A stretch of 62,084 nt of DNA, counting the filler, from Choristocarpus tenellus KU-1152 (Eukaryota; Protista; Phaeophyceae): NCBI GenBank assembly GCA_964200185.2. It is 11 parts of 11 records of this genome, joined end to end, with 100 filler letters (N's around TTAATTAATTAA, not from the genome) between each part and the next. Parts side by side here need not be neighbours in the genome. Positions count along the whole stretch, not along the records: positions 12,151 to 18,073 come from CAXNAD020009406.1; positions 18,174 to 21,057 come from CAXNAD020023935.1; positions 21,158 to 25,017 come from CAXNAD020017525.1; positions 25,118 to 36,924 come from CAXNAD020002129.1; 7 more parts are not named here. One strand, given 5' to 3'. Positions 14,192 through 28,000 of the stretch are shown here, piece by piece (the stretch's first letter is position 1; each line of letters opens with the position of its first letter). Below the pieces are notes generated by a model. The model did no database searches and was not told the DNA's origin. It saw only the letters and a list, made by a program, of their open reading frames with translations. The position numbers were made by a program, and so were the translations under genes.

Positions 14192-15890
14192 TCAAGTGGT
14201 CAGGAACGCTGATGAGTCCAGCACAGCCCATACATGCCACAAATGCGTCTTCCTATCCCCACCGATATGAACCACAGTGGACACCAATTTAACCTCAAAT
14301 ATTACTAGCACAAGCCAATCACTGCCCAACGCTCTCTTTAGCAATACATACAATTGAACGCTGTCTTTTCCTGTCCTCAGCAGCTGCGCATCACTGAAAC
14401 AAGCCTGCAAACTCTCCACAGACCCAACACTTCACCTCACTGCCCTCCTCCACACCAAGCAACTGTAAGATGCGAAAAAATCCACAAGCTTCCACAAGCA
14501 ATAGCCCTCACCGGTAAAGCCTGCTGCCCTCAACCCTTCCAAGTTACTCTTCCAGCGCTGCCACGTGACTGCTGATTGGGTCGACTCCACCCCTGCCAAC
14601 GCCTCACCCGCAGCAGCCACCTCATAGTGCGAAGCACCCATTTCCAACAGATACACCGTCAGCTCCTCCCTTGCGGTAACATTAGGACCCATACCCTCGT
14701 CCTCCCAGCACCCTGCCACAGCATCCTCTACCCTAGGACACTCTCCCTGTACACTTTTTTTTTCATTTAGGTCTACACCTCCATCTCCAACACGATCTCC
14801 ATTAATCCCCCGTGCCCCCCTCTCTCCCCAGGTTGTCATGTGCCAATCTCGCCGCCGAAGAGAACTAGGCTTACCTTCAGTGGCACCAGCAGAGGCAGCT
14901 TTGGAGGAAGTAGCACTCCCTGTTCCTATAGATCCTTCTTCCCCACTCTCACCCAACTCCAGTCCAACCTGAGCTGGAGTTGAGGAGAGTCCTGAACCTG
15001 GACCAGCTGCAGGAGCTCCACCTTCCAGTGCCACGGTTAGTATCACTCCGGACTCTGCTTCTCGTGGCTTTGTATCTCCTGGCCTCCCACCATTCCATTT
15101 TCGAGGCCCTGCCCACCTCTTGGAACCTCCTCCTTCCCCCCCTTCTCCTCCCACTCCCACTGGTGGTTGTGTTCGCCGACCAAAATTGGAATCCTTCCCC
15201 TCCCCTTCCCCTATCGCTGTCTCCATTGCAATCCCTGACCTTTGCTCCAATCCCTCCTCTGCCCCTTCTGCAAGTCTGACATCACGTCCTGCCTCGCCTT
15301 CTTTTCCTCCGCCGTCACCCTTACCAAGAAGGCTTTCATTATACAGCAACGATCTTCCGCCATCAGCACTGGAAACGAATGTCGCAGTGCAGAATACGAA
15401 CCCTCCCCGCAACCCTCCAGATCTGCCTACCATTCCATCCGTCCCCCATCCACCATCGTGCCGCCATATGACAGCGCCCAAAGTCCCAGTAAACACCTTT
15501 TCCACACCACGCCGCCAATCCTTTTCCCCAGTTTCTACAGGCCTGCGTCGCAATCTAGAAGGGCTGTCGACTCTGCTCCCCGCAGATCCACCTGCTGTTA
15601 GAAACCCAAGGCATGGACAGGCACTGACTCCCAGAGCTTGAAGCCCCACCACACCTGCAATCCACCGTGCTGGAGATCGTCGTCTCGAGCGTTCGCACGG
15701 CAAGCCCCATTTGCTTATGCAATGCCTGCACTCATCCACTTGCTTTACCGTGCAGAATCCTTCGCATCGTTCCGGTGGGTGCTCTGCACCCTTCCTAGGC
15801 ATCACGCATGTGTTGCAAAATCAATGATTTCTCAGCAGCATGCACCGAAGTGCAGACCTTACAGTAATGCAACAAGTTGCCTGCTGTGCC
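14192..15890 (-). pseudogene. Degenerate intron-poor coding region, possibly TE-derived (Cys/His-rich N-terminus, Gly/Glu-rich middle)
   Basis: 457-codon ORF continues in frame past a TGA into 14419-14192; an upstream frame has YCKVC..x11..HMRDA* (C2H2-like). No RT or transposase motif recognised. Confidence 0.3.
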
Positions 15891-17986
15891 ACTCCTAATA
15901 CCTGTAGAGGTACCACAATACATCAAGAGCAAAGTTAAGGGTTAAATTGATCCAATTTCGCCCTGTAAGTCAGAGTAGTTGTGATGTGCAAGTCTCGACT
16001 ATGCAAGTGTCATGTTGAGGTAGCAGGATCGCGACATGAACCAATGACGGCGATGTGACTTACCGTAATTACCGGCAGAAACCGCTCCAATCTAGACACA
16101 AAATCTAGACACAAATACATAAATCGTATTGAGCACATAACCTAAACCTAGCGATGGTTTCTGCTTTAGATGAAGGCGGAGGTTTCTTGTCATGTGACAT
16201 TTTTTGGTTCAATCCCTATCAACTAACAACCCACTCAGTCATACTCGATCTTAGTCCCAGTCGATCGGGCTTGACAGTCTCTTAAGTAAGTTCCGGATGA
16301 GAACAATATGTCATACAACTAGGCATCAATTCCCGCCTTTTCAAAATCAGGCGGACAATTGTCTCTACGTAGTTGCGGCGGTCCTTTATTGCATCCCTCT
16401 GACACTACAACCAAACACAACACTGGGTATTCCCTACCCATTCTCCCTGCTGTGACCAGATTAAAACACACTCACGACAATACTGATATCAGAGGCTCTC
16501 TCTCCTTTGCTGTTGGCTGTACACCTTCACCGAACGCGAGAGTGGTGTTTGCCTATCACTTACTTGTACCACAGACTTGATCTTGTTTGTTAGTATGTCG
16601 TTAGTCAGAATGCCGTCAACGGCAAACTTGTTGAAAGAACGCCTGTAGTGTGGTTTGCAACTCTGAAAAGGTGATATCCTCGGTAGTATCGAAGAAACGT
16701 ATTTGTATCTTACCAAAATATTTTAGTACCTACTTCACTAAGATAATTATACTGTGATGTACAGTGAACCTTCGCTCCAAGTATCGGTTTAAGTGGCCCC
16801 CTTTCATAACGTGGACATCAGGTCTCTTCCTCTGTTGTCGTGAATGGTATATCAGGACGGAACTCGTGATGACACCAACCAGTACAGGACGGAATTGTGG
16901 GAATCTACAGTCCCCACAATGTATCCCTCCCTTATTCCCCCTTATCTCCCCTCTTACCTCCTACTCACATTTCCTCAGCGTGATTCCAGTTCCTTACTGC
17001 CTCTCTCTTTTATCTAACCTCCTGTTGTGGGCCTTTCCGCTCCCCTTCATTCCAAAGAACTCTGCCGAGTTCGCTTACCTGTTGTTTTTCCGCAGTAGTG
17101 AGGTAGAATGTATATATATATATATATACTCGAGAGAATACTGTTATGACAGCGTACTTAGTTATCGGACCTTCCTCCTTGTGACCCGGTGGTCAAGATC
17201 ACTGCTCCCTCCCTGCGTGAATTTCTCAGTTATAAACCCCATCGATGTCACACACTTCTTTTCATGCATGAACCTCCTTTCGTGGCATGAATGGGACTCT
17301 TCTGTCTGGTGATGTCGATTAATTATCCGACTAGACGGAAAAGAGCCATTACAGATTGTACATGAGGTCATGTGGGTCCTCAGTCTTTCTGTTGACCAGA
17401 GGGTGTATGGCACTCCTCACTTCCCCGATGGTAGGCCCATTAGCAAGTGGTAAGCAAGGCGGCAGTGGATTGAGCGAGTTGGTGATACTGGGATCGAGTT
17501 TGGTTGATTTTGCATTCTAAAGTGCTTGAAAACGTTCTCGTCGCAACCTGTCCAATATCATCTCGAAATAATGGAGTCCACTCTTGTTTGCTCCTGTCCA
17601 TATTGAAGCCTTTGAGATGTTGGTAGAAACCAGCCTGTTCCCTATGTCTGTTGTATTCTTCCATCCTTGAGGTGCAGGCATTAAAAACCCTGCCCTGCTG
17701 AGTATCTCTCTTGTCTCGAGTCTTTGTCAGTCATTTTAAAAGCCTTGATAGAGTGCGGCTTTGTCATATAGTACGTAGGTTCATCCAGGCGTCCTCCCTC
17801 GCGTACCAAGCCTCCAGGATCCTCCCTTGAACCTCAGAGCTAGCACACCATCCTCGAGAAACGGCCTTAGTGTTGGAGATCGGATCAGCTGAGTGGCAAT
17901 CAATTATGTATTTTACTACTACGTAGTAAGAAATTTTGTAATAATAAATAAAAAAACAATATTATCCAGTGTGATCCCCAACCTGA

Positions 17987-18020
17987 GACCCAAAGTATCT
18001 AGGGGGGGGGGGGGGGGGGG
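17987..18020. mobile_element. MITE family B terminus at contig end
   Basis: GACCCAAAGTATCTAGGGGG..., as in the copy at 18859. Confidence 0.7.
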
Positions 18021-18022
18021 TG

Positions 18023-18073
18023 GGAAGAGCACACGTCTGAACCCCCGCCACCCCAAAAACTCTTATGCCTTCT
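18023..18073 (+). other. Illumina TruSeq adapter read-through (artefact)
   Basis: GGAAGAGCACACGTCTGAAC...CAC...CTCTTATGCC matches the known adapter AGATCGGAAGAGCACACGTCTGAACTCCAGTCAC-index-ATCTCGTATGCC, with errors after a poly-G run. Confidence 0.92.
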
Positions 18074-18173
18074 NNNNNNNNNNNNNNNNNNNNNNNNNNN
18101 NNNNNNNNNNNNNNNNNTTAATTAATTAANNNNNNNNNNNNNNNNNNNNNNNNNNNNNNNNNNNNNNNNNNNN

Positions 18174-18674
18174 GAGGTATTTTAACACCATGATTGGAAG
18201 GGTTGGCAATTTTGACTAGGCAAGATCCATCCTCTTCCCAAACCGTTAAAGACCGACTGACCATGATGTCTTTCCATGGCAAGTGGTGTTGTTCCTGGTT
18301 GATGAAATCCGTGCTCGTCTTGATAATGGGCTCCACTACAGCATCTTTGGCTGATCCAGGTAAGGCCTGAGAACACAATGAAACGACAGTTTCGGTTCTC
18401 GGGGGTAATATGTTTTATGCTTTACATGGACAGGTATTGTGCACTCAGTTAAAATTGTAGCCACTGTCATGTTTGTTGCAAAGGTTTGAGCAGTATTTTG
18501 ACTAGGGTTTGATGGATTAACAATGGGTATAGGAGAAATATTATGAGTGGCTGGGATGCGAACTGTGCTCCCAGAAAATGTTATTTCTTCTCTATCCCAA
18601 TCCAACTTCGCTCCAAAAGCAGCCATGATACTGTTGTCCAAAAGTATTTTATCAACACCTAGGGAGGATTTCAC
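18174..18674 (-). mobile_element. Ty3/gypsy-like LTR retrotransposon pol fragment (end of aspartic protease plus linker), frameshifted
   Basis: SLGVDKILLDNSIMAAFGAKLDWDREEITF resembles the retropepsin C-terminal ILGxDFL..LD segment; the shifted frame continues ...VSRSLTVW...CLVKIANPSNHGVKIP, typical of the pre-RT linker. Confidence 0.6.
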
Positions 18675-18858
18675 CTCATGATGATTCAGCTGCGTGGGAT
18701 TTTGGATGTCCTCTCACCGGTTGGTGATGCCAGAGTAAATATGATCAAATTGTGTTGAGCTATTCCAGATGTAACTGACGGCTCTTAATTAATATGTGTC
18801 TGTGAGGTTGCGATAGAGCAGTCGTACCGCAAGCTGTTGAATGCAGCAGCGTGATGAT

Positions 18859-19036
18859 GACCCAAAGTATCTGGGGGGGGGGAAAGATCTACAGCAGGGT
18901 GTCCATTTGGACCAAAACCAGGAAAAGTGGATTTACATTGTCCATCCAACGTATGCAACCAAATCACCCAAGAATCGCGACATGAAAAAATTGACCTCAA
19001 ATGGACAGCCACAACCCCCCCCAGATAATTTGAGCC
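18859..19036 (-). mobile_element. MITE family B, full length (~180 bp)
   Basis: TIRs GACCCAAAGTATCTGGGGGG ... CCCCCCAGATAATTTGAGCC; flanked by TGAT/TGAT; reverse complement of 54844-55028. Confidence 0.88.
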
Positions 19037-19423
19037 TGATGAATGACAATTTCCCCCTCTATGTTGGCCATATGTTGAAGATAGTTTTCATAAATATATT
19101 TTCAACTCCCGATTTTACTTTCACCCTCCAAACATGTCTCATCATCCCACAGGTACAGGAGGAACGAATTTGGTTAATATTTGTCCGAAATGGCGGGCAC
19201 TGCGAACATGATATGTGCGCATATGTTGAGTGCGTGAAAGATGGATTTGTATAGTAGACAGTAGTATACATATGCAAAAGATCAGGAAGAGCGATGCCAT
19301 CACAGGTCACATACGTGTTCTTATAACAAACAGATAATACAACCACTTATTATTAGGTAGCATTTTCTTTGTTTTTGTGTTGAAGGCTGGTCATACATAG
19401 TGCTACATCGTAATGCACCATCT

Positions 19424-19682
19424 GACCAAAAGCATTTTAAGAGGGTAAGAGCTTTGCCCTGTTTGTCCGTTCGGGGCTTGGCTTCACACGGTATTTTTAT
19501 GGCCTCTTTAGGTTTTCTGTGTGAACACAATTACCTAAAATATTTACAACTATCAAAGGTGTGTCCGGAGCAAGGATATTGACACTTGCTAACAAATACG
19601 ATAGCCAAAATTCACCAAAATCGCAGCATTGGATTTATGATCCCGAACGGACACGACCCTACCCTCTTAAATGATTTAACTA
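19424..19682 (-). mobile_element. MITE family A, diverged copy
   Basis: Interior collinear with other A copies; TIRs decayed. Confidence 0.8.
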
Positions 19683-21157
19683 TCTACATTACAAATCGAG
19701 GCAAAAGAATAGTAGTGGAGAAAATAATCAAAAGACAACGTGTTTTATGGTGGTGACAGTAAAGGAGATTTGGTTGCATTTTTTGTATCCTTCATTGATG
19801 CGGCACTAGTCTCTATTATGCTTGTTTTTCAATATGGCGTGTAGATTTTATGTAGTCAATACAAGTGTTTTAGCAGGTGGCTACTCTCAAGGTCAGAAGG
19901 GAGAGTGGCTTTGCCACGACTTCTGTTTGACAATTTGGACTTACACATGAACAAATAGTAAGCGTGCTTCAAAACGCTCCATAGTACTCAGTGATCAATG
20001 ATATGGTAAACTGATGGTGACAAGGTGTTCCATTCGTTGTACATGTTTGTATTACCTCTGAGTAGTACTGTACGTAGAACATATAGTAGGAGTTTAGAGG
20101 ACTGAAAGCTGTACCATTGTACATGTATCACTGATGTAATCAATTTTATTCACTTAGTTGGCTTGTCAGCACTTGCACATTGGGTAAGAAGTGGCTCGTA
20201 TCAAGAAGCTGTGGTGTAATAGTAATATATATTTTTTGAGAATCTCGCACTCCTTTGAGCAGTTTTTTTAGGGCTACCAGGGCCCATATCTCCATGTTGA
20301 TGACACAAAACTTCGTTTGTAAGGAGTTGGTCAGTAAAGCGCGTATTATTGCCTCACACACACAAGATTTACTATGAGATATCGACTGTACTGCTTCATA
20401 ATACAACCTCGATAATAATCAAGAGGCTGCTGCGGATTTTTGTATGTCGATCGTCATTCACAACGTATTATATTTCATATGCATCTTTAAAAAAATGATC
20501 GAAAAAGCCACAATACTTGCCAGAATTCGGGTGAAGAAAACATCTTCACTCGTTTTTTTCTAGTAAATGTCACCCCTGTATCACGCTGGTTGGCTAAGAA
20601 GATAACTGATCATTTCCTCTGCTCGACACTGTGCTTTACTGGATCCCTTTATCGAGTAGCTTAAATGCTCCAAGTATGCAAGCGATTATCACTTCTCCCA
20701 ATATCATATCCCGTATGTATCCGTCAGAGGCTCCATTTTTAGTACATCTTAGAAAGCATTCTAATCAATACAACGTCCCGTCTCCCCCCCCTGCCTGCCA
20801 TCACCGAAACACCATAACAGGATATAACAGTGAGGGGTCACAATTCACAATCGATTTCTACATCTTGAATCCAGTGACCAGAAGGAGTCTATGGTAAGCC
20901 AAGTGTGCAGGGCATCCCCCAACAGGGGCACTTGACACTTGTTTGCGATCAGTTTGTCGTATTATACTTCGAAGTGTAGAGTAAACCTTGCCTCTCCTTG
21001 CCCTATTGTTCCAGAGAAGACAACTACGTCTGTACTAGGATCTGAAGTGTCTGGGGGNNNNNNNNNNNNNNNNNNNNNNNNNNNNNNNNNNNNNNNNNNN
21101 NTTAATTAATTAANNNNNNNNNNNNNNNNNNNNNNNNNNNNNNNNNNNNNNNNNNNN

Positions 21158-21395
21158 TTTTGTTGTTTCGAGTCGTGGTGGGGGGGGTGAGTGGGGGGGG
21201 GGGGGGGGGGGGGGGGGGGCACCGGAGGAGGGGGATAAATAAGCGTAAGCATGTTACTGCCGGGTTCGATGATGATAGAGGTTGCGGAATGTTGTTTGGG
21301 ATCAGAAGGGAATAAGACAAGTTGTCGTTTGAGTGGTTTTTGGTATCTCTGAGGACCGCTCGCTGTGTTGACCTGAGATTTTTTTTCTATTGTTA

Positions 21396-21441
<46 letters not shown>

Positions 21442-23457
21442 ACGAAGTGCTTTCCTGCCATCCAGTGGGGCAGGGGGGGGGGGGTTATCGCCTCGAGAGG
21501 AGGAAGAGGTAGAAATGGTACGCACTGTTTGAATGGTATGTATGTTTTTATTGTTTGCCTAAGTCTGTTGTGTGTGTGTGTTTGTGTTTGTGTGTGATTC
21601 GTGATTTGTGATCACTACTGCAAACAAGTGTTCTCTTTTTGTGATTTAAACATGATAGTGCGGTCGTCTAATCGCTGTCTGCACTGAGCTGCTGCCCCAA
21701 GATCTTCTTATTCTTATTCTCATTCTTATTTTTCTTTTTTCTGCTCCGTGTGTGTGACTCGGTGGGCAATGCCTTTGGTCTCCACCTGGTGTACCTTTTT
21801 CTGTCATGTACCTCTAGTACCTCTTACTGTCGTGGACAAAAAAGAAACTGGTGTTTTCGAATCTCAGATGATGGACATTAAAAAATATATGTGCATCTCA
21901 ATGGTGTCTCATGAACTTTTATTATTATTATTAATAATAATAACATTGATGCTGTTTTATTATCGCCAGCGTCTGTACTACCAGTAAGTGGGTAGTACCC
22001 TCCAAAACTCTAAGGGCATTGCAGGGCTGCACTAGTACCTCTCACAAACTAGAAAGACCTCTACTACAGGTGAAGGACAAACCGTTTTTTTTGCATTTAT
22101 GACTGTGAATGGTTTCACCACCCTTTCTCTCTCCGAATGTACCTTGTAGCATATTCTGTTTTGTGTTAGGGTGAGGGCTTCTTCGCTCATCCACCCTACC
22201 ATGCACCCTACCGCTTGAGACGCTCTCTGCATCCTTCCTTGAATGTTCTTGTGGCTGGACCCCACTGCCCTGGAGCGACGAGAGAAGTCTTGTCACCAGA
22301 CGAGTTTTTTTTTTTTTTCCGGGCTTCTGCATGGGGGGGGGGAGGCGTGCACGTGTTTTTTTGTTTTCTTCTTTGTTTTAGCAATGGACGAGAGAGAGAG
22401 AGAGAGAGAGAGGGTACGATTGTACCTTTGTGTTGTGATTGTACTGTGTACGAACGTGTTCCATCGAAACCGGATGTCATCTTCTTCTTTTTTTCAGAAA
22501 TAGGAAGAGAATAGGAAGAAAATAGGAAGAAAATCTGGTTTTTGTTCGACTGGATTTAAGGTTGAAATCCCTGTACATTCCTTTTTGAGGGGAAGAGGGG
22601 GTGTATGAAGTGCACCCGACCCTACTTACTCACTTTGACCCTCTTGTTATTGGTGCTTCACATTCCACAAAGGTGTGGCAAACAGAAAATAATATTAATG
22701 GTAATAATAATAATAATAATAATAATAGTAATATAGTATTGATCTCTCTCTCTCCCTCTCTCAATTCTAAAAAAAAAATGTGAGAAAAAATAAAGAGTAA
22801 GGGGAGATATCACGGCAGGGAGCTGGTGCAATGAGCCAGTCCAAACCACTCGTACACGTAGGTCTCTACCGAAAATGTGCTTGCATGTAACCAACGTTTA
22901 AAAGAAGAGTAGAAGTGTAAAGTGTATGCATGTAACCAACGTTTAAAAGAAGAGTAGAAGTGTAAAGTGTATGCAGCTCGGTGGGGCTGCTGACTAATCC
23001 GGAAATTTCCTGTTTACTGCCTACTTGGAGATGAGAAACCGATACTCAATGGAGCGTGCGTTTAACCCCCCGAAATGCAAAAAGTTATTCCGCCTTGTTT
23101 ATACCGTCATCGGTATATATCTCTTGGTCATAACCGTACAGCCAACTGAAACCGAAACCCCGATTTTTGGTTTAGATGACGCGTGTACGTGTATTTATTA
23201 TCCATGTGCAATTAGTTGGAGAACCCAGTAATGGTTGACACATACACATACGCACACAGCGGAAAGAATGTCATGTGGTCGTAGTGCATTAGGTAGTGCA
23301 TTAGGTAGGAGTAAGCAGCACGCTTACTCCTGCACACTGGCTACTTGGGAAATAAATAAATAAAATAATACCCCTACTGTTTTCCGTCTCTCTTTTGCGT
23401 AGACAGTCGTAGTCATGTGCCATTGAATATAGCCAGTGCTGGTTACACCGTACATAC

Positions 23458-23497
<40 letters not shown>

Positions 23498-24932
23498 TGT
23501 TATTATATGTAAGTTCTTGGAAATTAAACGGGGTGTGATGAAGGACGAAACCCCTGCTTTTCCCACAAATTTATGTTGTACTTGCATTTCACATATTATG
23601 TACGTATGTAAATACAACTAAATATTAATATTTTTGTATTTATATATATATATATATATATGTATACCTCAATTTGGTCCTTGGGTTCAATGGAGAGGTT
23701 GACATTGTGCATTTCTTTTTTTTAATTTCTAGCGTTGACGATCGTCGGTGAGTTTTTTTTATCTTTTTCTTTTGGTTGTAGCTCTTGTTGCGTCATAGCT
23801 CCTTCAAGAGCCATTTCCCCTCGGTCTCCACCCTAACCCTAATCACAGACCACAGTCGCATCTACGTAGAACATTTTGGAGACACGTTTGATCCATGACA
23901 TTGTCACTTTCCACCGCGTTAATAAGAGAGGTCGCAAGTTGTAGCTGCATTTTTCTATCAGTTGGAAGGCGTACATCAAGGTCGTTGCTGTGGGGTTGTC
24001 CCTCACAGCATCTATGCGTGCGGAGTAGATCCAGTGTCTGGTTCAGGCAAACCTTCTGCCTTTGCGCCCCAGAGAGCAGCAAAGTTGAGATAAGGCCCCT
24101 GTTAACACCACCCACCACCGCCTCGACAGGTTCTTGAAAACTTTAACATTTTTTTTTCTGACTCTGCAGTGGACCCCCCCCCCCCCCCCCCCCCTGTGGG
24201 GGTGCTAGTTGGGTTTGGGAGCAATTTGAGACGGGTTGAGCATGTTGGGACTCTCCTTGAATTGTGGAATAATCTATGGACGCCTCACAATATTTTAGGA
24301 GTCCCGATCGATGTGTGTGTCACATGGGGGATGAAATTGAGTAGGGTTGCTGTATGTAAGGTGGGGAGAACCAATCGATTTGAATATATATGTTTTGTTG
24401 TTTTTTTCATTTTTGGAGGGGGAGGGGGGGGGGCGAGTCCTACCTCGTGCTCAAAAATATTGATGTAGTTTGAAGAGTTCCGGTGGTTCTTGAGTGAAAC
24501 GTTGTGGGATTCACTTTTTTGGAAGGCTTATTTTGACAGCAATGAAAGAGCTGTTGTGTTGCGCGTAGTAGGATCAGTACCTGAATGGGCACTCCATATT
24601 TTTTTTATTTTACTGAAGGGTTGTAAAAAGAAAAATTTGGAAGGTTGCAGTGGCTTTGTGGGTGGTACTGATACCATTTTGTGCTGCTCAGAACTGTATT
24701 ATTATCTTTTTTTCTACAGCGGAGGTTGTGGATTCTCGTTCCTTTTTTTTTCTTGTTTTTTGAGTTTGGACTATATATAGAGTACGTATGATTTGACCTC
24801 TGTTTCGTGTGTGTGAGAATTCATCCTAATTTGAAGTGGCACAAATGAGAGGCTTAAGTGTTTTTCAGGGTTAGGGATAGACAAGAGTACCATACCTCAG
24901 TGATGATTGTATCTGAGATCATTCCAACTCCC

Positions 24933-24966
<34 letters not shown>

Positions 24967-25017
24967 TTTTTTTTTCTCCCCAAAAACCCACACAAGACTG
25001 AAGAGGGGCGTGTTTGG
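21158..25017. repeat. Microsatellite-rich, apparently non-coding contig: (TAT)n, (GA)n, (AAT)n, (TA)n, poly-G/C, and a 45-bp tandem duplication ~22882-22975
   Basis: Read directly; no convincing coding motif. Confidence 0.7.
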
Positions 25018-28000
25018 NNNNNNNNNNNNNNNNNNNNNNNNNNNNNNNNNNNNNNNNNNNNTTAATTAATTAANNNNNNNNNNNNNNNNNNNNNNNNNNN
25101 NNNNNNNNNNNNNNNNNATCCCCTGCCCCCCCTCCCTCCCCCCCCCCTTGATTTGCCCTTGCCCCTCCTTGCGTGGGTCCCTATGGATATCGTGCTGTGC
25201 GTTGCATACATGTATTATTTCAAGATCATACGGGACTCTTGGAGGAGATGTGAATTTCGTGCAACAGTGGCATCCGGAGAGGCAGGGGTGGGGGTCGGAA
25301 CTGACAAAGATGTAGAAGGTGTCGGTGATCAGGGTATGCTGTCAGTCCTAGATCGTGCCAGTGGGCAAAAGCTGGAAGGATTTGTGGGGGTCCCAGAATT
25401 GAGGGATGTGTTGGTTGGGTTGGAGCCGTGTGAGGTGGAGGTAGATACATGATTTTTCTGTATGTTGTGGCTTGCTGGCACTGGCCTTGCCCTATGCTCT
25501 CAGTGGTAACCCAGGCACCTTGCAATCGGGATTATTGAGCTCTGTTGATCAGCCAACCTAGAGGAAGGACTTTGGTTCCCTTGGTAGAATGCTTGCTTTG
25601 AGATAACAAGAACAGTCTGATGATTTGCCACCTTAACAAGGAAAGGACTACGGGCTGCTTCTTATGAGAAGTTTGTGCAACACTTGTCCTTGTTTTGGAG
25701 GTTCAGTGCTCGAGATTCACTAGTACAGCACATGCGTTTTGTTATTTCTGTGCGTGAGGAACTGTTTCTATTGTACGCGGGTTTCACCGGAAACATCGAA
25801 ATATCTTGGCATTGGACAAGCCAGGGAGGCTGGTACAGAGTGCTCAAGAATTTGTCTGAGAAAGTCCTTCTCTTCTGTCCGTAAGACAGCCCAACTTGGA
25901 ACAGACGCTGGGTTAAAAATTATTGTGCCTTGATGGACCCAATGGAGGGCAGCATGGCCATGATTTGAGGTGGTCCATTGAGAAAGTATGAAGCTCGTTG
26001 TGCCTTTCTTTGACCTAACATGCATTGACCTATGTTTCCGAAATAGCCCCCAAAAACTCTATGGAGACATTTAGATATTTTGGTACGAAGATTGAACAAG
26101 CTCCTGGATCTCTTGGGTAGATCAACCTGTTCTCGTGTCCTTTTCATGATATATTGGCTGCTAGAAAAGACTGTGATCATTTTCAACAAGTGATGAAAGC
26201 AATACCAAGTCTAGGTTATGCTATTTGGAGCATCTAAATAACAGGGAGAGATGGAGTGGACAACACATCAATTTCGCACCCTGGGTGGGGTAGAAAACAT
26301 GAGGAAATGCTGATGTGGCACTTTTGCCCTTACACACGCAAGGCCGAGACTTGAACAGCTGAGGGAAGCTAATCTCCTTTGTTATTGCGAATGAAACATT
26401 TTCCTACCCTCAATGGATCACATCATTGTACACATATCCTAGTAGTGGAGGAGGGGAAGGAGACACTTTTCAGGGAGTAGCCGGGGCGACGAGAGGGATG
26501 ATGGACTGGGTCAGACAGGGAGGAAACCTTCCTGGTCAAGTGGAGCATTGCTTTTAAGGCTTGATCCCAAAGCGTTTGCGGTGTGCTTGAGTGGAGCAGG
26601 CCAACCGGAATTCGTTTAGTGTGGTGTTGTACTACCCAGGTCTAGCTGAGTACCTGTTCAAATATGCTATTGCATATATACTCGTATTAGTGGCGGCATC
26701 AGATTTGACCGGCTCTGGTGCTTGTTGCTAGCTCCTACCTTTTCTTCTTTTCTGGAAAACATGCGAAACACCTTCAGAGTGGATAATAGAGGTTTCACAT
26801 TACTTTCCTTCCATATTTTTGTGTCCTTTTTCAACATGTAAGGATAAACGAATTCTTGTCAATACTTACAGTATCATAATGTCTTGTGAGACCCAGTAGC
26901 AACAAATCTGTTACAGGCGCCCCTCGATGCTCACCTTTCAAGGATGTACAAGTCAAGTCCAATTCCCAGATTATCGAACGTCAGCTNNNNNNNNNNGTAC
27001 TCTTAATTGATTCAATCAGTATAAAATGTATATAAAGCTTTGCATCAGTTTTAAGAGTGTCGTGTGTGGGTGTCTCTGTTTAGGTCAGAATAACTGAGCC
27101 GTTTTTAGCCATTTTTAGGAACTCTAAATCATCATTATTTACGCATTTGGGGGGTTTTCGGGATCGTAAATACTGGCATGCATCATAGAACCCTTTCCGA
27201 CCATTCATTCATCACCCTCTGCAACTACCCGAGTTACAGTTTATTCTGCAACTTTCAGGCAAATCGGAGTTCCCCCTTTTGGGGTTCCCCACGCACGTAT
27301 ACTGCTCGCGCTGGTTAAAGCGCGGGAAGAAATACTCGCGCTATTAGCCTGTAACAAATATTCAAATAGTGAAATTGGCAACACAACTCAAAGTAACTCA
27401 GTAATCGCAGGAATTAGCACCAGGAATGGAAACACTGAAGTGATTATTTTTCATGTGCCATTGCCCATGTTTCAAGCTGATGATGATGAGTTGCCCTCCA
27501 TACCAATATGTCAGCAGAATAGGTCACTATGTCTCTGGGACCCAATTCGCTGACATTAATCCCCCCCCCCCCAGCTATTATTATAATGGTTGACTGTGCC
27601 CAAACAAAGCCGCGATCAGCAAACCACTACGTACCATCCACAGTTTTCGGAGTTGTTTAGTTCATCAAGTGCTATGACTATTAGTAGTATGAGTGTGAGG
27701 TGTGTTGAGCTTTCCCTGATATGGAAAATGATGAAAGTAGGGTTCCTTCCATTTCAAGGAAGGCACGTTTCTGTCGAATCACAGTGTTACATATGACGTA
27801 AACAAATAAGACTTTTAAGCCTTCCAAGTATCAATGTACAGTTAATCAATAAACCAGGTGGCTTGACCGAAGTTTTGATGTGTTGCCTGCTGTCCTGTCT
27901 GCCTCCTGTCAAAACCATCTAAGTAGAGAGACCAAACAGTGTTGACAGCTAGCTTGAAACTCTTCAACCCATCGTGCTTTGATATGCAACCAGACATTTG

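Noticed and set aside
16753-17151. Possible solo LTR (TGTGAT...ATGACA)
   Set aside because: No matching TSD, PBS or adjacent PPT, and no second copy in the window
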